A DNA stretch of 29,255 nucleotides from a virus. Its lineage: Duplodnaviria > Caudoviricetes. Position numbers and translations under genes: made by a program. How positions within the stretch are numbered: position 1 is the first letter of the stretch; each line of letters opens with the position of its first letter. Below the pieces are notes generated by a model, which made no database searches, was not told the DNA's origin, and saw nothing but the letters and a program-made list of their open reading frames with translations. The stretch is taken from the IMG/VR virus record IMGVR_UViG_3300021963_000493, positions 1-29,255 of that record. The stretch is one strand, 5' to 3'. Positions 16,890 to 26,120 of the stretch are shown piece by piece.

Positions 16890-17882
16890 TTAATAACGTT
16901 TAACTATTACAATTATACTGTTAGAGGGTGGGGCTTCACTGAATAAAATATTCTGGTTTGTAGAACTGATAGTATAGCTACTATCAGGGGACTGTATAAT
17001 ACCTTCAACACTGACTTGATAGTCGCTAGCTATAGATGAGGTTATATTACTCAACGTAAATGTAGTGGTCGAGCCATCTCCTGTAAAGGTAAAATATGTG
17101 GGTAGTGTTGTAGCCATTGAGGTTGAATTAGCTGTTGCTACTGATTCTATTACGTTAGCTATTAAGTACTCTTCGGGAATACTATATGAGCCAGCAGAAT
17201 AAAGAGCTTCAGGAATCCCTGTTGCTATAGTAGCATAGTTACTTATCGGAACTGATGGGTCTCTATCAAAGTAATTGCTGGTATCATATACTTCTTCAAT
17301 TTGTATATTAAAGATACTTGAAATGGTGCTTAGATACGGTAAAGACTCTAATATATCTGGTTTTGTTATAATAAAACTAGTAATAATACCATCAGGGGTT
17401 ATTTTGCGAGTAAAAGCAGTTAAGATGTAGTTATAAAATAAGCGCTCTAAAGAGGTACTTGTACCTATTAAATTGTTTTTTAGTTTACTATAGTATATAT
17501 CATTACGTTTATTAGCTATATATACCGTTATATCTTTTAAGCGACGAGCATAACCGATAATAACTGATTGTAAGCTAGTGTTATCATCTATTGCGACATT
17601 TTCAAATAACTCTTTTTCAGCAGTAGTACGGGCAGTAATACCGAGGGTTTTTATAAATGTTTTATAATAATCTTTTACATAGTTTATAGATACAACATTA
17701 GTCACATCTCTAATAGCATACCAGCCTTTTAAATACGCCGTATACTGATTATTTAAATCCCCTGGTGGTATATTTGAATTACGGATTTTCCACTCTTGAT
17801 AATTGTATGGGTTATTAATATCCTTAGCTCCGCTTAAGCTAAAGGTATTAGTTAGTGTGTTTATTGTGTTAAATACAGCCAT
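16890..17882 (-). CDS. Baseplate-cluster structural protein with a C-terminal FTGDGSTTTFTL...FSEAP module
   Basis: 330-aa ORF, 2-3 nt from both neighbours. Confidence 0.85.
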   Translation of the reverse strand: MAVFNTINTLTNTFSLSGAKDINNPYNYQEWKIRNSNIPPGDLNNQYTAYLKGWYAIRDVTNVVSINYVKDYYKTFIKTLGITARTTAEKELFENVAIDDNTSLQSVIIGYARRLKDITVYIANKRNDIYYSKLKNNLIGTSTSLERLFYNYILTAFTRKITPDGIITSFIITKPDILESLPYLSTISSIFNIQIEEVYDTSNYFDRDPSVPISNYATIATGIPEALYSAGSYSIPEEYLIANVIESVATANSTSMATTLPTYFTFTGDGSTTTFTLSNITSSIASDYQVSVEGIIQSPDSSYTISSTNQNILFSEAPPSNSIIVIVKRY

Positions 17883-17884
17883 TT

Positions 17885-20416
17885 TTATTCAATTAACCCT
17901 AAACCTTTATGTATATAATAGTTAAAAATATTTTCTAATATGCCTTCATCTTTAACCCAATCATTATGCCCTGAAGCGTTTTCTGATAAAGTGGTATAAG
18001 GATCATCCCAGTTAACTAGCCCCTCAACTTGTTGGTTGTCTACCACATTATTATAAACAAAGAATCTATAATTATTTATTACCGGGGTCTTTAGACCCCA
18101 GCCAAAGAATCCGGCAAGCGGATATCCTGTTAACGGAAAAGTTAATGAACTTACTGGCGGGAAAAGACTTTGAAGGCCACGTGCAGATATAGAGCTATAT
18201 GAAGTTATAACGGGCACCTCTAGTAATTCATAGTTTTGAGTATTAAATAAATCATTAGCAACTATTTTTTGCCCTGCAGTGACGACTGTTGTATTAATAT
18301 TATAAGCTGAAAGCTCGCTCCCTAAATTGGTGTGTCCTGTTGCTGCAGCAAAATTACGTGCGAATAAAGACCTCGCACCCCACACAGTGCTTTGCTGGGT
18401 AGAGTACAAATCAACTATTCTACTTAAAGTTGCGGGCGTATCATAATCAAAATTATCGAGTTCAATACCTAGAGATTGAGCTAAAGAATAAAACTGAGTT
18501 ATATTGGCTTTTGAGGGATCTGAAGTGTTAGATACAAAGTTAGCAATTTTTTCGTATACCACTCCGCCAAACGTATCTTCAGATGTAGCGCTTACCCCTG
18601 CGATTGCAGGTAAATAGGTATCAAAAAATACTTCATTTTGGTTTATAGTAGGCTGTAGGGCATATTTTTTTAATTGTGCGCCATAGTCAAAGCCTTGATT
18701 AAATTTACGCGCGAAATATGTGTTTTCAAAGTTTACCACATTAAATTCGTTGCTAGTGCCTTGTATTCGTTTACTATTTAATATGCTAGATTGAGCAGAT
18801 AAAGAAATAGGGTTGTAACCGGTTGATGAGAGCGGAATCATATCGCTTACAGACGGTACTACATCTTGAGACCGTGCTGATAATACAAATGCGCCAGTAG
18901 TATATGGTGTAAAAGTACCGATGTAATATCCCCCCGTATTTCTATTTAAAGCATCGTATTGATATATAGTGTAAGTTAAAGCATTAAAATAAGCAGGTAC
19001 AGTGCTTATATTAAATGTTGCACTAACTGTCACGGAGCTCAGGCTTGATACTATTTCTGCCAAATAATTATTGGCAGTAGTGATAGGGAAGTTTAATAAA
19101 ACTTTATTTGATATAAATTCTGCTGCTGCAGTGCCGCCTATTACATAAGCAGTTCCATTGCCTGTTCCGGCGCCAGTTGCTACAAAAGTCGTTCCAATAT
19201 TATTAGCTGATGCGCCAATGGATATAAAATTGGTATTTCCTATAGTCGCTATCGTATAACTATCTCCAATAATAAACTCGCCGGCAGTATTTAAGTTATA
19301 AGCGCTATTTATAGTAGTTACAAACCTACTTTCAACTCGAGGCCAGTATGTTTCATAAAACGGTACTTTACCGTTTAAATTAACCCCCATATGATCTGCA
19401 GTTAAACTCTGTACATAATAAAAAGATGAAAGACTGACTAATGTGTTAGAATAAGAAAATACATTATTATAACTATATTCCTGGGGATTAATTATGTTAT
19501 TAGTGTTTAGGTTTACCCAAATCGTTGTAGGGTTAGCGGACACTAAAGCTGATGCGCTATTATATATCATAGATGGCATATCATCTATATAATAAAATTG
19601 AAAGCTTCCTGATAAACCTACTACAGTACCACCGGAAATAGAAGGCACCCCAGAAGAAAGTATTCTATACTCCGTGCTACTAAGTGGAATGTACTCATTC
19701 ATAACAAACCCATCATCTAGTGGGCTAGCTGATACGGTAGTAAATCTCCAGCGTGGTCTTAAATTTGCTAACTGACTAGGAAGAACCTCAGTGTAGGGCT
19801 GAGAAAGAGAGTTTTCAGAGTAAAAAGTAAATTTTATACTCTCATTATCTTTTATATTAGTAGTATAATAATTTACGGTAAGTGGTATAGGCCCGCTAGA
19901 AATAACACCAGACTTACAAGATTGATAACCAAAAAAGCATGCCCCAGATGATACATTACCAACCATAATATCGTTCCAAGACTTATTGTAATAACCGCTT
20001 ACCCCGTAATTCCAAGATAAATTATCTGATAAATAATTTGTATCAGGAAGCGTAGAAAGGTAATCTACAACTTTGACTACAGTTGAAAAAGTGCGCCCAC
20101 TTAAAGTTGGTACACTAGCTGATAAAGAGCTATATAAGGCTACTTTTATTTCATACTGTCCTGGCCAGTTATATATGTGGGATGGAGAGAACTCTTTACT
20201 ATACGTACCATCTCCAAACCACCACACAATATCATATAAAGATGTTATTGCAGATTCTGTAGCGCTCGTTGCGTAATTTAAAGAACATGTAAACGGTGTA
20301 GCTAAAGTAAACCCTGAAACATTATTAACTAAGGTAGCGGAAGCCCCAGTAACAGTGGAAGAAAACGTGGACCCATAAACTGTAAAACCGTATATGTCTT
20401 GTGGCGTGATATCCAT
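17885..20416 (-). CDS. Baseplate-associated protein with an N-terminal PKD-like domain
   Basis: 843 aa; VWWFGDGTYSKEFSPSHIYNWPGQYEIKV motif; directly follows gp6. Confidence 0.85.
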   Translation of the reverse strand: MDITPQDIYGFTVYGSTFSSTVTGASATLVNNVSGFTLATPFTCSLNYATSATESAITSLYDIVWWFGDGTYSKEFSPSHIYNWPGQYEIKVALYSSLSASVPTLSGRTFSTVVKVVDYLSTLPDTNYLSDNLSWNYGVSGYYNKSWNDIMVGNVSSGACFFGYQSCKSGVISSGPIPLTVNYYTTNIKDNESIKFTFYSENSLSQPYTEVLPSQLANLRPRWRFTTVSASPLDDGFVMNEYIPLSSTEYRILSSGVPSISGGTVVGLSGSFQFYYIDDMPSMIYNSASALVSANPTTIWVNLNTNNIINPQEYSYNNVFSYSNTLVSLSSFYYVQSLTADHMGVNLNGKVPFYETYWPRVESRFVTTINSAYNLNTAGEFIIGDSYTIATIGNTNFISIGASANNIGTTFVATGAGTGNGTAYVIGGTAAAEFISNKVLLNFPITTANNYLAEIVSSLSSVTVSATFNISTVPAYFNALTYTIYQYDALNRNTGGYYIGTFTPYTTGAFVLSARSQDVVPSVSDMIPLSSTGYNPISLSAQSSILNSKRIQGTSNEFNVVNFENTYFARKFNQGFDYGAQLKKYALQPTINQNEVFFDTYLPAIAGVSATSEDTFGGVVYEKIANFVSNTSDPSKANITQFYSLAQSLGIELDNFDYDTPATLSRIVDLYSTQQSTVWGARSLFARNFAAATGHTNLGSELSAYNINTTVVTAGQKIVANDLFNTQNYELLEVPVITSYSSISARGLQSLFPPVSSLTFPLTGYPLAGFFGWGLKTPVINNYRFFVYNNVVDNQQVEGLVNWDDPYTTLSENASGHNDWVKDEGILENIFNYYIHKGLGLIE

Positions 20417-20429
20417 TTTTAACTTTTAA

Positions 20430-22265
20430 TTAAAAGTTTACTATAGAAGTGTTTCTAGTAACTTCTAACTCAACAACCACTCTTGTCATAAGCTCATCAA
20501 TATCGTCTAGATATACCGCTTCAAAATTTCTTAGCGTAAAGTTTTTAGTGGTTGATATAATGTCATTTATAGGGTATGAAGGGTTGTATACAATAAGAGA
20601 TAAACCATTAGTTGATTGATCTTGATTGGTGGTAGTAACTTGTTTTACTCCATCAAGAGCTAAAATGCTACCAGTTATATCAGTAAGGTTAACTGTAAAT
20701 CCTAAAGTTATTTTAATAGGATTAAAATATGTTTCAAAAATGTTTTTTACTCTGTCTTTTATAACGCTTTCTGGTATTTTTGAGTTTCTTAATAAAGTAA
20801 CTACCAATCGAGAATTAGTAATATCGGTTAGATCTACTGCGTCTTTACCTAGCCCCATAGTAACAGCTTTATAAACTGGATCCATTATAACTAATTCTGA
20901 AGTTAAAGTTTTTTTATCACTTACAGACGAGATAATTAATTGTTTTTGGGCTGGAGTTAAATAATTTACGTAGTTGTTTGTAATTAACTTAGTTGCTTTA
21001 GGTAAAACATAAACATAAACATTATTAAAATTACACGCATCAGCAAACGCCATTTGATTATAAAGCACTCTATAATCTTGACCAGGATTAGTTAAACCTA
21101 TATCATAAAGGTACTTTAGATGACCATTAGTATATTCATTATTATTAAGAGCTTTAACATCATTAATAATATTTGCAAAAGAGTTTTTAATAAAAGACTC
21201 GTAATCAGATGAGGTGACTACTCTAAATTGAGTTCTAAATGTAGCGGGCGCATTTGCGCGTATACTATTAACCCCTTCTGCTTCAGTAAAAGAAGTAGAG
21301 ATGTTACTATTTGCAAAATCTAGATATAGTATATTAGTATCATTAAGTAATGTTAAATCTGGGCTTATAATATCTTGTTTAATTATATTAAACTGACCAG
21401 TAGAATATAAAATTGCTGGCTGACCATTAATTGCTCCGCTACCTACTTCTCCATCAGCGCCGAGAGATTGTAAATAATACACCGATACAATATCCCCAGC
21501 TGTTAATTGCAAGCCGTTAATATTATTACCGAATTTAATTTCGTAATTTTTATTGCCGTTTAAGCGTATTTCAATTTTTTGAGCGGTAGAATTCTCAAGG
21601 TAAAGAGACTCAGAGCGAGTCCACTTTGACCATCTTCCATTATTAATACTTTTTACATAAACGTCTATATTAAAATGGTCTATAATAGTATCTTCTCCTG
21701 GTACAAGAAATACTATTTCATTAGCTTCTCCACGCGCCGTATAAAGCGGGTATTCTATATAAGTGCCCTGGTATAAAAGGTATTGGTCTCCTACCGTTGT
21801 TAAATACTCTGCGCCGCTTTGTACTGTTTTTGTAAACGTTATATCCGTGTTAAACGAATATGTGGCATTACCAACTCTTACAAAACTATAGCGTGGTATT
21901 GTATAGGTGCCATATTCAAGGTCGGCCGTAGCTGATGTAGAAAAAGAAAGAGTAGAGGTTTGCGAGCCCACCGGGGAGTAGTTAATAAGACTTACTATAC
22001 GATTAATATTTTCATAAATCTGGGACTCACTGAACATAGATTCAGTTGAAGTCTGATTAAGATAATACATTAAAGTGTGGAAGGAATAAGCAATAATATT
22101 ATTAATAGCAGCAATATTGGACCCTTCGAAATATTGATCAGTAAATAACCCACTATCGGTAAGTCGTTGGCGTATAAAATCTCTCAGAGATACAGCATCA
22201 AAAGCAACATACTCGTTCTTTTTTATATCTAAATTAAGACTATCAGTTGTATTACTTGTTGCCAT
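20430..22265 (-). CDS. gp6: Baseplate wedge subunit (T4 gp6-like)
   Basis: 611 aa; FTDQYFEGSN, YEIKFGNNING, E...SIRANAP..F..Q.RVVT..DYE motifs; follows gp25. Confidence 0.9.
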   Translation of the reverse strand: MATSNTTDSLNLDIKKNEYVAFDAVSLRDFIRQRLTDSGLFTDQYFEGSNIAAINNIIAYSFHTLMYYLNQTSTESMFSESQIYENINRIVSLINYSPVGSQTSTLSFSTSATADLEYGTYTIPRYSFVRVGNATYSFNTDITFTKTVQSGAEYLTTVGDQYLLYQGTYIEYPLYTARGEANEIVFLVPGEDTIIDHFNIDVYVKSINNGRWSKWTRSESLYLENSTAQKIEIRLNGNKNYEIKFGNNINGLQLTAGDIVSVYYLQSLGADGEVGSGAINGQPAILYSTGQFNIIKQDIISPDLTLLNDTNILYLDFANSNISTSFTEAEGVNSIRANAPATFRTQFRVVTSSDYESFIKNSFANIINDVKALNNNEYTNGHLKYLYDIGLTNPGQDYRVLYNQMAFADACNFNNVYVYVLPKATKLITNNYVNYLTPAQKQLIISSVSDKKTLTSELVIMDPVYKAVTMGLGKDAVDLTDITNSRLVVTLLRNSKIPESVIKDRVKNIFETYFNPIKITLGFTVNLTDITGSILALDGVKQVTTTNQDQSTNGLSLIVYNPSYPINDIISTTKNFTLRNFEAVYLDDIDELMTRVVVELEVTRNTSIVNF

Positions 22266-22268
22266 ATA

Positions 22269-22712
22269 TTATAAGAGATTAAATCCGTTTTTTGTAAGAG
22301 CGCCGGCGATGCTAATACTGCTGTTTAATGTGGGCACAATCATATTTAATGTTACTGTATACATTTGCTCGTCTATATTTACTTCTACATTAATACCTTG
22401 TATAGTTACGCGTGGTTCATACACTTTAATGCCTTTAAAGATTCTATCCCCTATAAGTTGAGCTATAACATCAGAAGCTGGCTCAAACAAATACTGAAGC
22501 AAATTTAACCCATAATCTGGATTTAATAAGTTTTGTCCAGGCATAGTATTAAATAAAGTTACAATTGAATTGTTTATAGCAGCTAAATCATAGTCTGAAG
22601 TAACATCTCTTTTAACAGGGGAGCTAAAGTCTAGATGAAGGTCTGAGTAAATGTGTTTATCGGTAGTAATCCGAAAACTTGGGGCTAATGTATTAAAGAC
22701 GAGGCTTGCCAT
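22269..22712 (-). CDS. gp25: Baseplate wedge subunit (gp25/GPW family)
   Basis: YSDLHLDF...AINNSI..LFNT.PGQ.LLNPDYG.NL..YLFEP...YEPRV motifs. Confidence 0.92.
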   Translation of the reverse strand: MASLVFNTLAPSFRITTDKHIYSDLHLDFSSPVKRDVTSDYDLAAINNSIVTLFNTMPGQNLLNPDYGLNLLQYLFEPASDVIAQLIGDRIFKGIKVYEPRVTIQGINVEVNIDEQMYTVTLNMIVPTLNSSISIAGALTKNGFNLL

Positions 22713-22719
22713 GATTAAA

Positions 22720-22725
22720 TACTTA
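22720..22725 (-). promoter_or_regulatory. Late-type promoter variant TAAGTA heading the baseplate cluster
   Basis: 7 nt before the gp25 ATG. Confidence 0.45.
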
Positions 22726-22813
22726 GCATTACAAGCTAGTTTCCGGACTGTACTTATTATTGCTTTGATTTAAAAGTTGTTAGTTAACTCCCGTGATAAT
22801 AGGTAGCTTTTAC

Positions 22814-22819
22814 TAAATA
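22814..22819 (+). promoter_or_regulatory. Late-type promoter TAAATA
   Basis: 7 nt before the ATG at 22827. Confidence 0.55.
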
Positions 22820-22826
22820 TAAAGAT

Positions 22827-23858
22827 ATGAGTCACTTTAAATCAGTCTTTTTGCCTTTGTATGAAACTATATACGATCGTTATAAGCAAGGCGCAGGTTT
22901 CTTACAGGGCGATGTTGTTAAGCTTAAATCTAATTATAAATCAGTTAAGGGATATGAAGACTTAGCTGCGATGATTCAACAACGCTTAGAAGATATAAGC
23001 AAATCTGGTTATAATTTACGGATAGGCAAATTGCACACTCCAAATACTAGCGCTGGCGCGTTAGGTATAAACACTGGTATGCCAGCCACTCATGTTGATC
23101 TCTATCAAGAGCCATCCCCTGGCTCCTATGGTAATCTAGTAACTATTCCTATTGGTTTAATAGAAGTAATTGATACCGGAGTGAGTTTACCTCCTGTCTC
23201 AGCCAAGAGTAAGCGAGCTAATAAAGACTATATTAAGCCTGGCAAATGGAAAGCTAATAAAGACGAGCCAGAAACGAAAGAACAGAATCATTCAGGGTAC
23301 GAGCAGAATTGGATCAAAAAAGGGGATTATAAACTAGCTGAAAAGAATATAAAGCCTTCTGTAGGTGGTAACAAATATAACGATGAAAAACCTTCAAATT
23401 TTAAGCCACTTAAAGGCAATAAAAAATTAACAAAAGAATCAGTTGTAGCTCTTGAAGGCCTTTATATGCAAATGATTACTGAAGACGCTACTAACGATGT
23501 AAATCCGCAAGGGTATTCAGTACCAGAATCTAACGAGTCTAAAGTAAAAGCAGGGTGCTGGAATGAAAAAACTAATTCTGTTGTGCCAGAGTGTATGTAC
23601 GAGGATGGCTCTATAAAGCCTGAATGCTATAAAGAACAAGTAAGTGAAGTACAGCCTGTAGCAATTCAAGAATTTCAGACGCAAAAAAGATATATGGACC
23701 AGGAAGAGTTTTTAAATAAATATGAAGACGCAGTCAACGGATTAACTGATGCATACATAGAGAACGAATACTTAGATGAAGACGAGGCTCGGTTAAAAGC
23801 TATACATACTATAGCGGATATGAAAAAAGTAGAAATAACCGACTTAGAGAGCGCTTAA
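22827..23858 (+). CDS. Hypothetical late protein, possibly head-internal
   Basis: 343-aa ORF with a basic middle and acidic C-terminus; 15-nt convergent overlap with the clamp loader. Confidence 0.85.
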   Translation: MSHFKSVFLPLYETIYDRYKQGAGFLQGDVVKLKSNYKSVKGYEDLAAMIQQRLEDISKSGYNLRIGKLHTPNTSAGALGINTGMPATHVDLYQEPSPGSYGNLVTIPIGLIEVIDTGVSLPPVSAKSKRANKDYIKPGKWKANKDEPETKEQNHSGYEQNWIKKGDYKLAEKNIKPSVGGNKYNDEKPSNFKPLKGNKKLTKESVVALEGLYMQMITEDATNDVNPQGYSVPESNESKVKAGCWNEKTNSVVPECMYEDGSIKPECYKEQVSEVQPVAIQEFQTQKRYMDQEEFLNKYEDAVNGLTDAYIENEYLDEDEARLKAIHTIADMKKVEITDLESA

Positions 23859-24785
23859 ATTAATTAAACACGAGAAGAAGTTAATTTCTTGATCCATCAC
23901 TAGAGCGCTTCTATACAAAGACTCAGAGACTTGCAGTAATGCAAGTCTTTTTTTGTCTTCAGGTAAAGAGCTCTTATAAATTGCATTAAATAGGTCTTTA
24001 AGTAATTTAGGATAATCATTACCAAACACTTGCTCGCTCTCAATAACAAACTTGCGTAGAGACATTAAGTCGTCTTTAGACGATAGTTTCTCCAGGATGT
24101 CCTGTGCGAATCCCTCGTTATTAATGGTGACTTGTAGATTGAGTGTACTATCAATAACACTACGTTGTATGTAGTTAATAATACGTCTAAGGTCTGGATA
24201 ATAATAACGGATAACCTCTTTAATACGGTCTATTTGATCTGCTGCTACCTTTACATTCTCTTTCTGTAGAATATATACGATACGTTTAGCATACTCTTTA
24301 ATAGGAGGAGTAAAATCAGTAAAGACCTGACACCGTGATTGGATAGGCTGAATAATACGATGTAGATAATTACCAGTAAGAATAAACCGGGTATTACCAG
24401 CATACTCTTCCATAACATTGCGTAATGCTCTTTGACCAGCATCGGTAAAGTTATCGAATTCGTCTAAGAAGATAACTTTAAGTTTACCGTCAAGACTCTT
24501 AGTCTGAGCAAACGTAAGAATAGAGGTACGTACTTCATCAATACCGTTCTTCTCACTAGCATTAATATAAAGATATTGAGCATCTAATATCTCATTAACA
24601 ATTACTTTAGCTAAAGTAGTTTTACCGGTACCTGCATTACCCACTAGTAATAGGTTAGGTATCTCTTGTTTACGTCTGCATTCTTCTACGAACGTACGAA
24701 GTGTATCAGAGAGAACCATATCGGCTAGCTTAGTAGGCCGATATTTCTCTACCCAAATACTTTGAAGCTGATCGCTAATTGTCAT
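23844..24785 (-). CDS. gp44: Sliding-clamp loader AAA+ ATPase (T4 gp44 / RFC small-subunit-like)
   Basis: WVEKYRP, Walker A GNAGTGKTT, INAS, Walker B LDEFD, IQSRC motifs. Confidence 0.95.
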   Translation of the reverse strand: MTISDQLQSIWVEKYRPTKLADMVLSDTLRTFVEECRRKQEIPNLLLVGNAGTGKTTLAKVIVNEILDAQYLYINASEKNGIDEVRTSILTFAQTKSLDGKLKVIFLDEFDNFTDAGQRALRNVMEEYAGNTRFILTGNYLHRIIQPIQSRCQVFTDFTPPIKEYAKRIVYILQKENVKVAADQIDRIKEVIRYYYPDLRRIINYIQRSVIDSTLNLQVTINNEGFAQDILEKLSSKDDLMSLRKFVIESEQVFGNDYPKLLKDLFNAIYKSSLPEDKKRLALLQVSESLYRSALVMDQEINFFSCLINLSAL

Positions 24786-24788
24786 TAC

Positions 24789-25286
24789 TCAAGCCGTACC
24801 GAGTCGATTATTATAAATAATTTCGCTAGCGCGCTCTAAAGCTTTATCAGACGAACCAAAGCCTTTCTCCCCACGTTTTGACTCACTCACTTCCTCAGCA
24901 AACTCAATATTAGCTTGAATGAGAGGGTAGAGAATAAGCTGAGCTACTTTATCGCCTGCATTAAACGTTTGATCCTCTGTACCGAAGTTATAAAGCTTAA
25001 CACCCATGTCACCGCGGTAGGGGTTATCAATAATACCAAAATGAGGAAAGATATGCTTTTTAAAGCCTACCCCAGACCGACCTTCGACTCGAAACCAGTA
25101 ACCAGGGGTCACATATGCAAGCTTGAGACCGACTGGAATCACTGCATATCCTTTAGCAGGCACTATAGTCGTCTCTACAGCAGTAACATCCAATCCAGAA
25201 TCTCCAGTATAAGGATCGTTATGATTGTACTTAGGTAGTACCGCCAGCTCATGCGTTTTTACGAATTTAAGAGTTACAGGAAACAT
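24789..25286 (-). CDS. dut: Trimeric dUTPase
   Basis: DSGLD, GRSG, GIIDNPYRGD, GDKVAQL, RGEKGFGSS motifs. Confidence 0.95.
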   Translation of the reverse strand: MFPVTLKFVKTHELAVLPKYNHNDPYTGDSGLDVTAVETTIVPAKGYAVIPVGLKLAYVTPGYWFRVEGRSGVGFKKHIFPHFGIIDNPYRGDMGVKLYNFGTEDQTFNAGDKVAQLILYPLIQANIEFAEEVSESKRGEKGFGSSDKALERASEIIYNNRLGTA

Positions 25287-25295
25287 AGTTTTATA

Positions 25296-25451
25296 TTAAC
25301 CTCTTAACAAAGTTTGTCCACCGAAGTTATTGTTATTCTCGTTTACCCCAATAGCTTTATTGGATGAAAGCCAGCTGATAAGTTGTGCTACCTTATCGGC
25401 GGCGATAATGAATGTGCCGTGTCCTTGTACAGTTACGATTACTTCTTTCAT
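25296..25451 (-). CDS. 51-aa hypothetical protein missed by the ORF track
   Basis: MKEVIVTVQGHGTFIIAADKVAQLISWLSSNKAIGVNENNNNFGGQTLLRG; ends 9 nt before dut; TGGCTT-N16-TATTAT upstream. Confidence 0.65.
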   Translation of the reverse strand: MKEVIVTVQGHGTFIIAADKVAQLISWLSSNKAIGVNENNNNFGGQTLLRG

Positions 25452-25495
25452 AGTGTGTTTATAATATACTCTGCTCTTGAAAAAGCCATGCCCAG

Positions 25496-25503
25496 TATAA
25501 ATA
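25496..25503 (+). promoter_or_regulatory. Full T4 late promoter consensus TATAAATA
   Basis: 5 nt before an in-frame GTG at 25509. Confidence 0.55.
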
Positions 25504-25508
25504 TTTTA

Positions 25509-26120
25509 GTGAATATCCCCCCAGTGTCTGGCAACCCAGATAATAATGCCAATATTATAGATTCTATTGATGCGTTTATTGCCGGTTTAAATCCGCCAGC
25601 TGGAACTACTGTAGCTACATCGGTAGTAACTAAAACAGTAGGAGCTCCTGCTAATAATAGTGTGCCTGTAGTTCCTCCAAAAACAGATGAGGAAATGAAA
25701 GACTTTGTACTAAAGCATTCAGCTGAATTAGTAGAAAGTAGTGTTAAGAGTATAATAGAGTTACAGAAAATTACTGTAGCTACCGGAGACCCGGAAATGA
25801 TGGCAGGATTAGCGAGTTTAATTGCAGCAAGTACTGGCGCAATTGAAACTGTTAACAAGTTACATTTATTAAATAAAAAAGCAGAAAATACTCGCGAGCT
25901 TAAAAAACTTGAGCTTGAAAGCCGTAAAGAATTACAGCAACTTAAGAATGATGGATATCTTAATTTACCTTCAGCTAATACTAATATATTAGTAGCTACT
26001 AGAGAAGAGATTATAACTCAGCTAACTGGTAAGGCTAAAGCTAGGGCAGTAGAGGGTACTATTGAGGTGGTGACTCTCTCAGCAACTGAGCAGATAGTTG
26101 CGCCTTATGTTTTACCGTAG
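25509..26120 (+). CDS. Probable terminase small subunit (T4 gp16-like)
   Basis: Helical hairpin (SVKSIIELQK...GDPEMMAGLASLI...AIETVNKL) plus TNILVATREEII, similar to the gp16 N..FVGST.EL tail; alternative start ATG 25488. Confidence 0.65.
   Translation: MNIPPVSGNPDNNANIIDSIDAFIAGLNPPAGTTVATSVVTKTVGAPANNSVPVVPPKTDEEMKDFVLKHSAELVESSVKSIIELQKITVATGDPEMMAGLASLIAASTGAIETVNKLHLLNKKAENTRELKKLELESRKELQQLKNDGYLNLPSANTNILVATREEIITQLTGKAKARAVEGTIEVVTLSATEQIVAPYVLP

Noticed and set aside
25383-25487. Track's upstream start for the + strand ORF at 25383, and the antisense ORF 25448-25858
   Set aside because: The extension overlaps the better-supported 51-aa minus-strand ORF and lies upstream of the late promoter; the antisense ORF is a shadow
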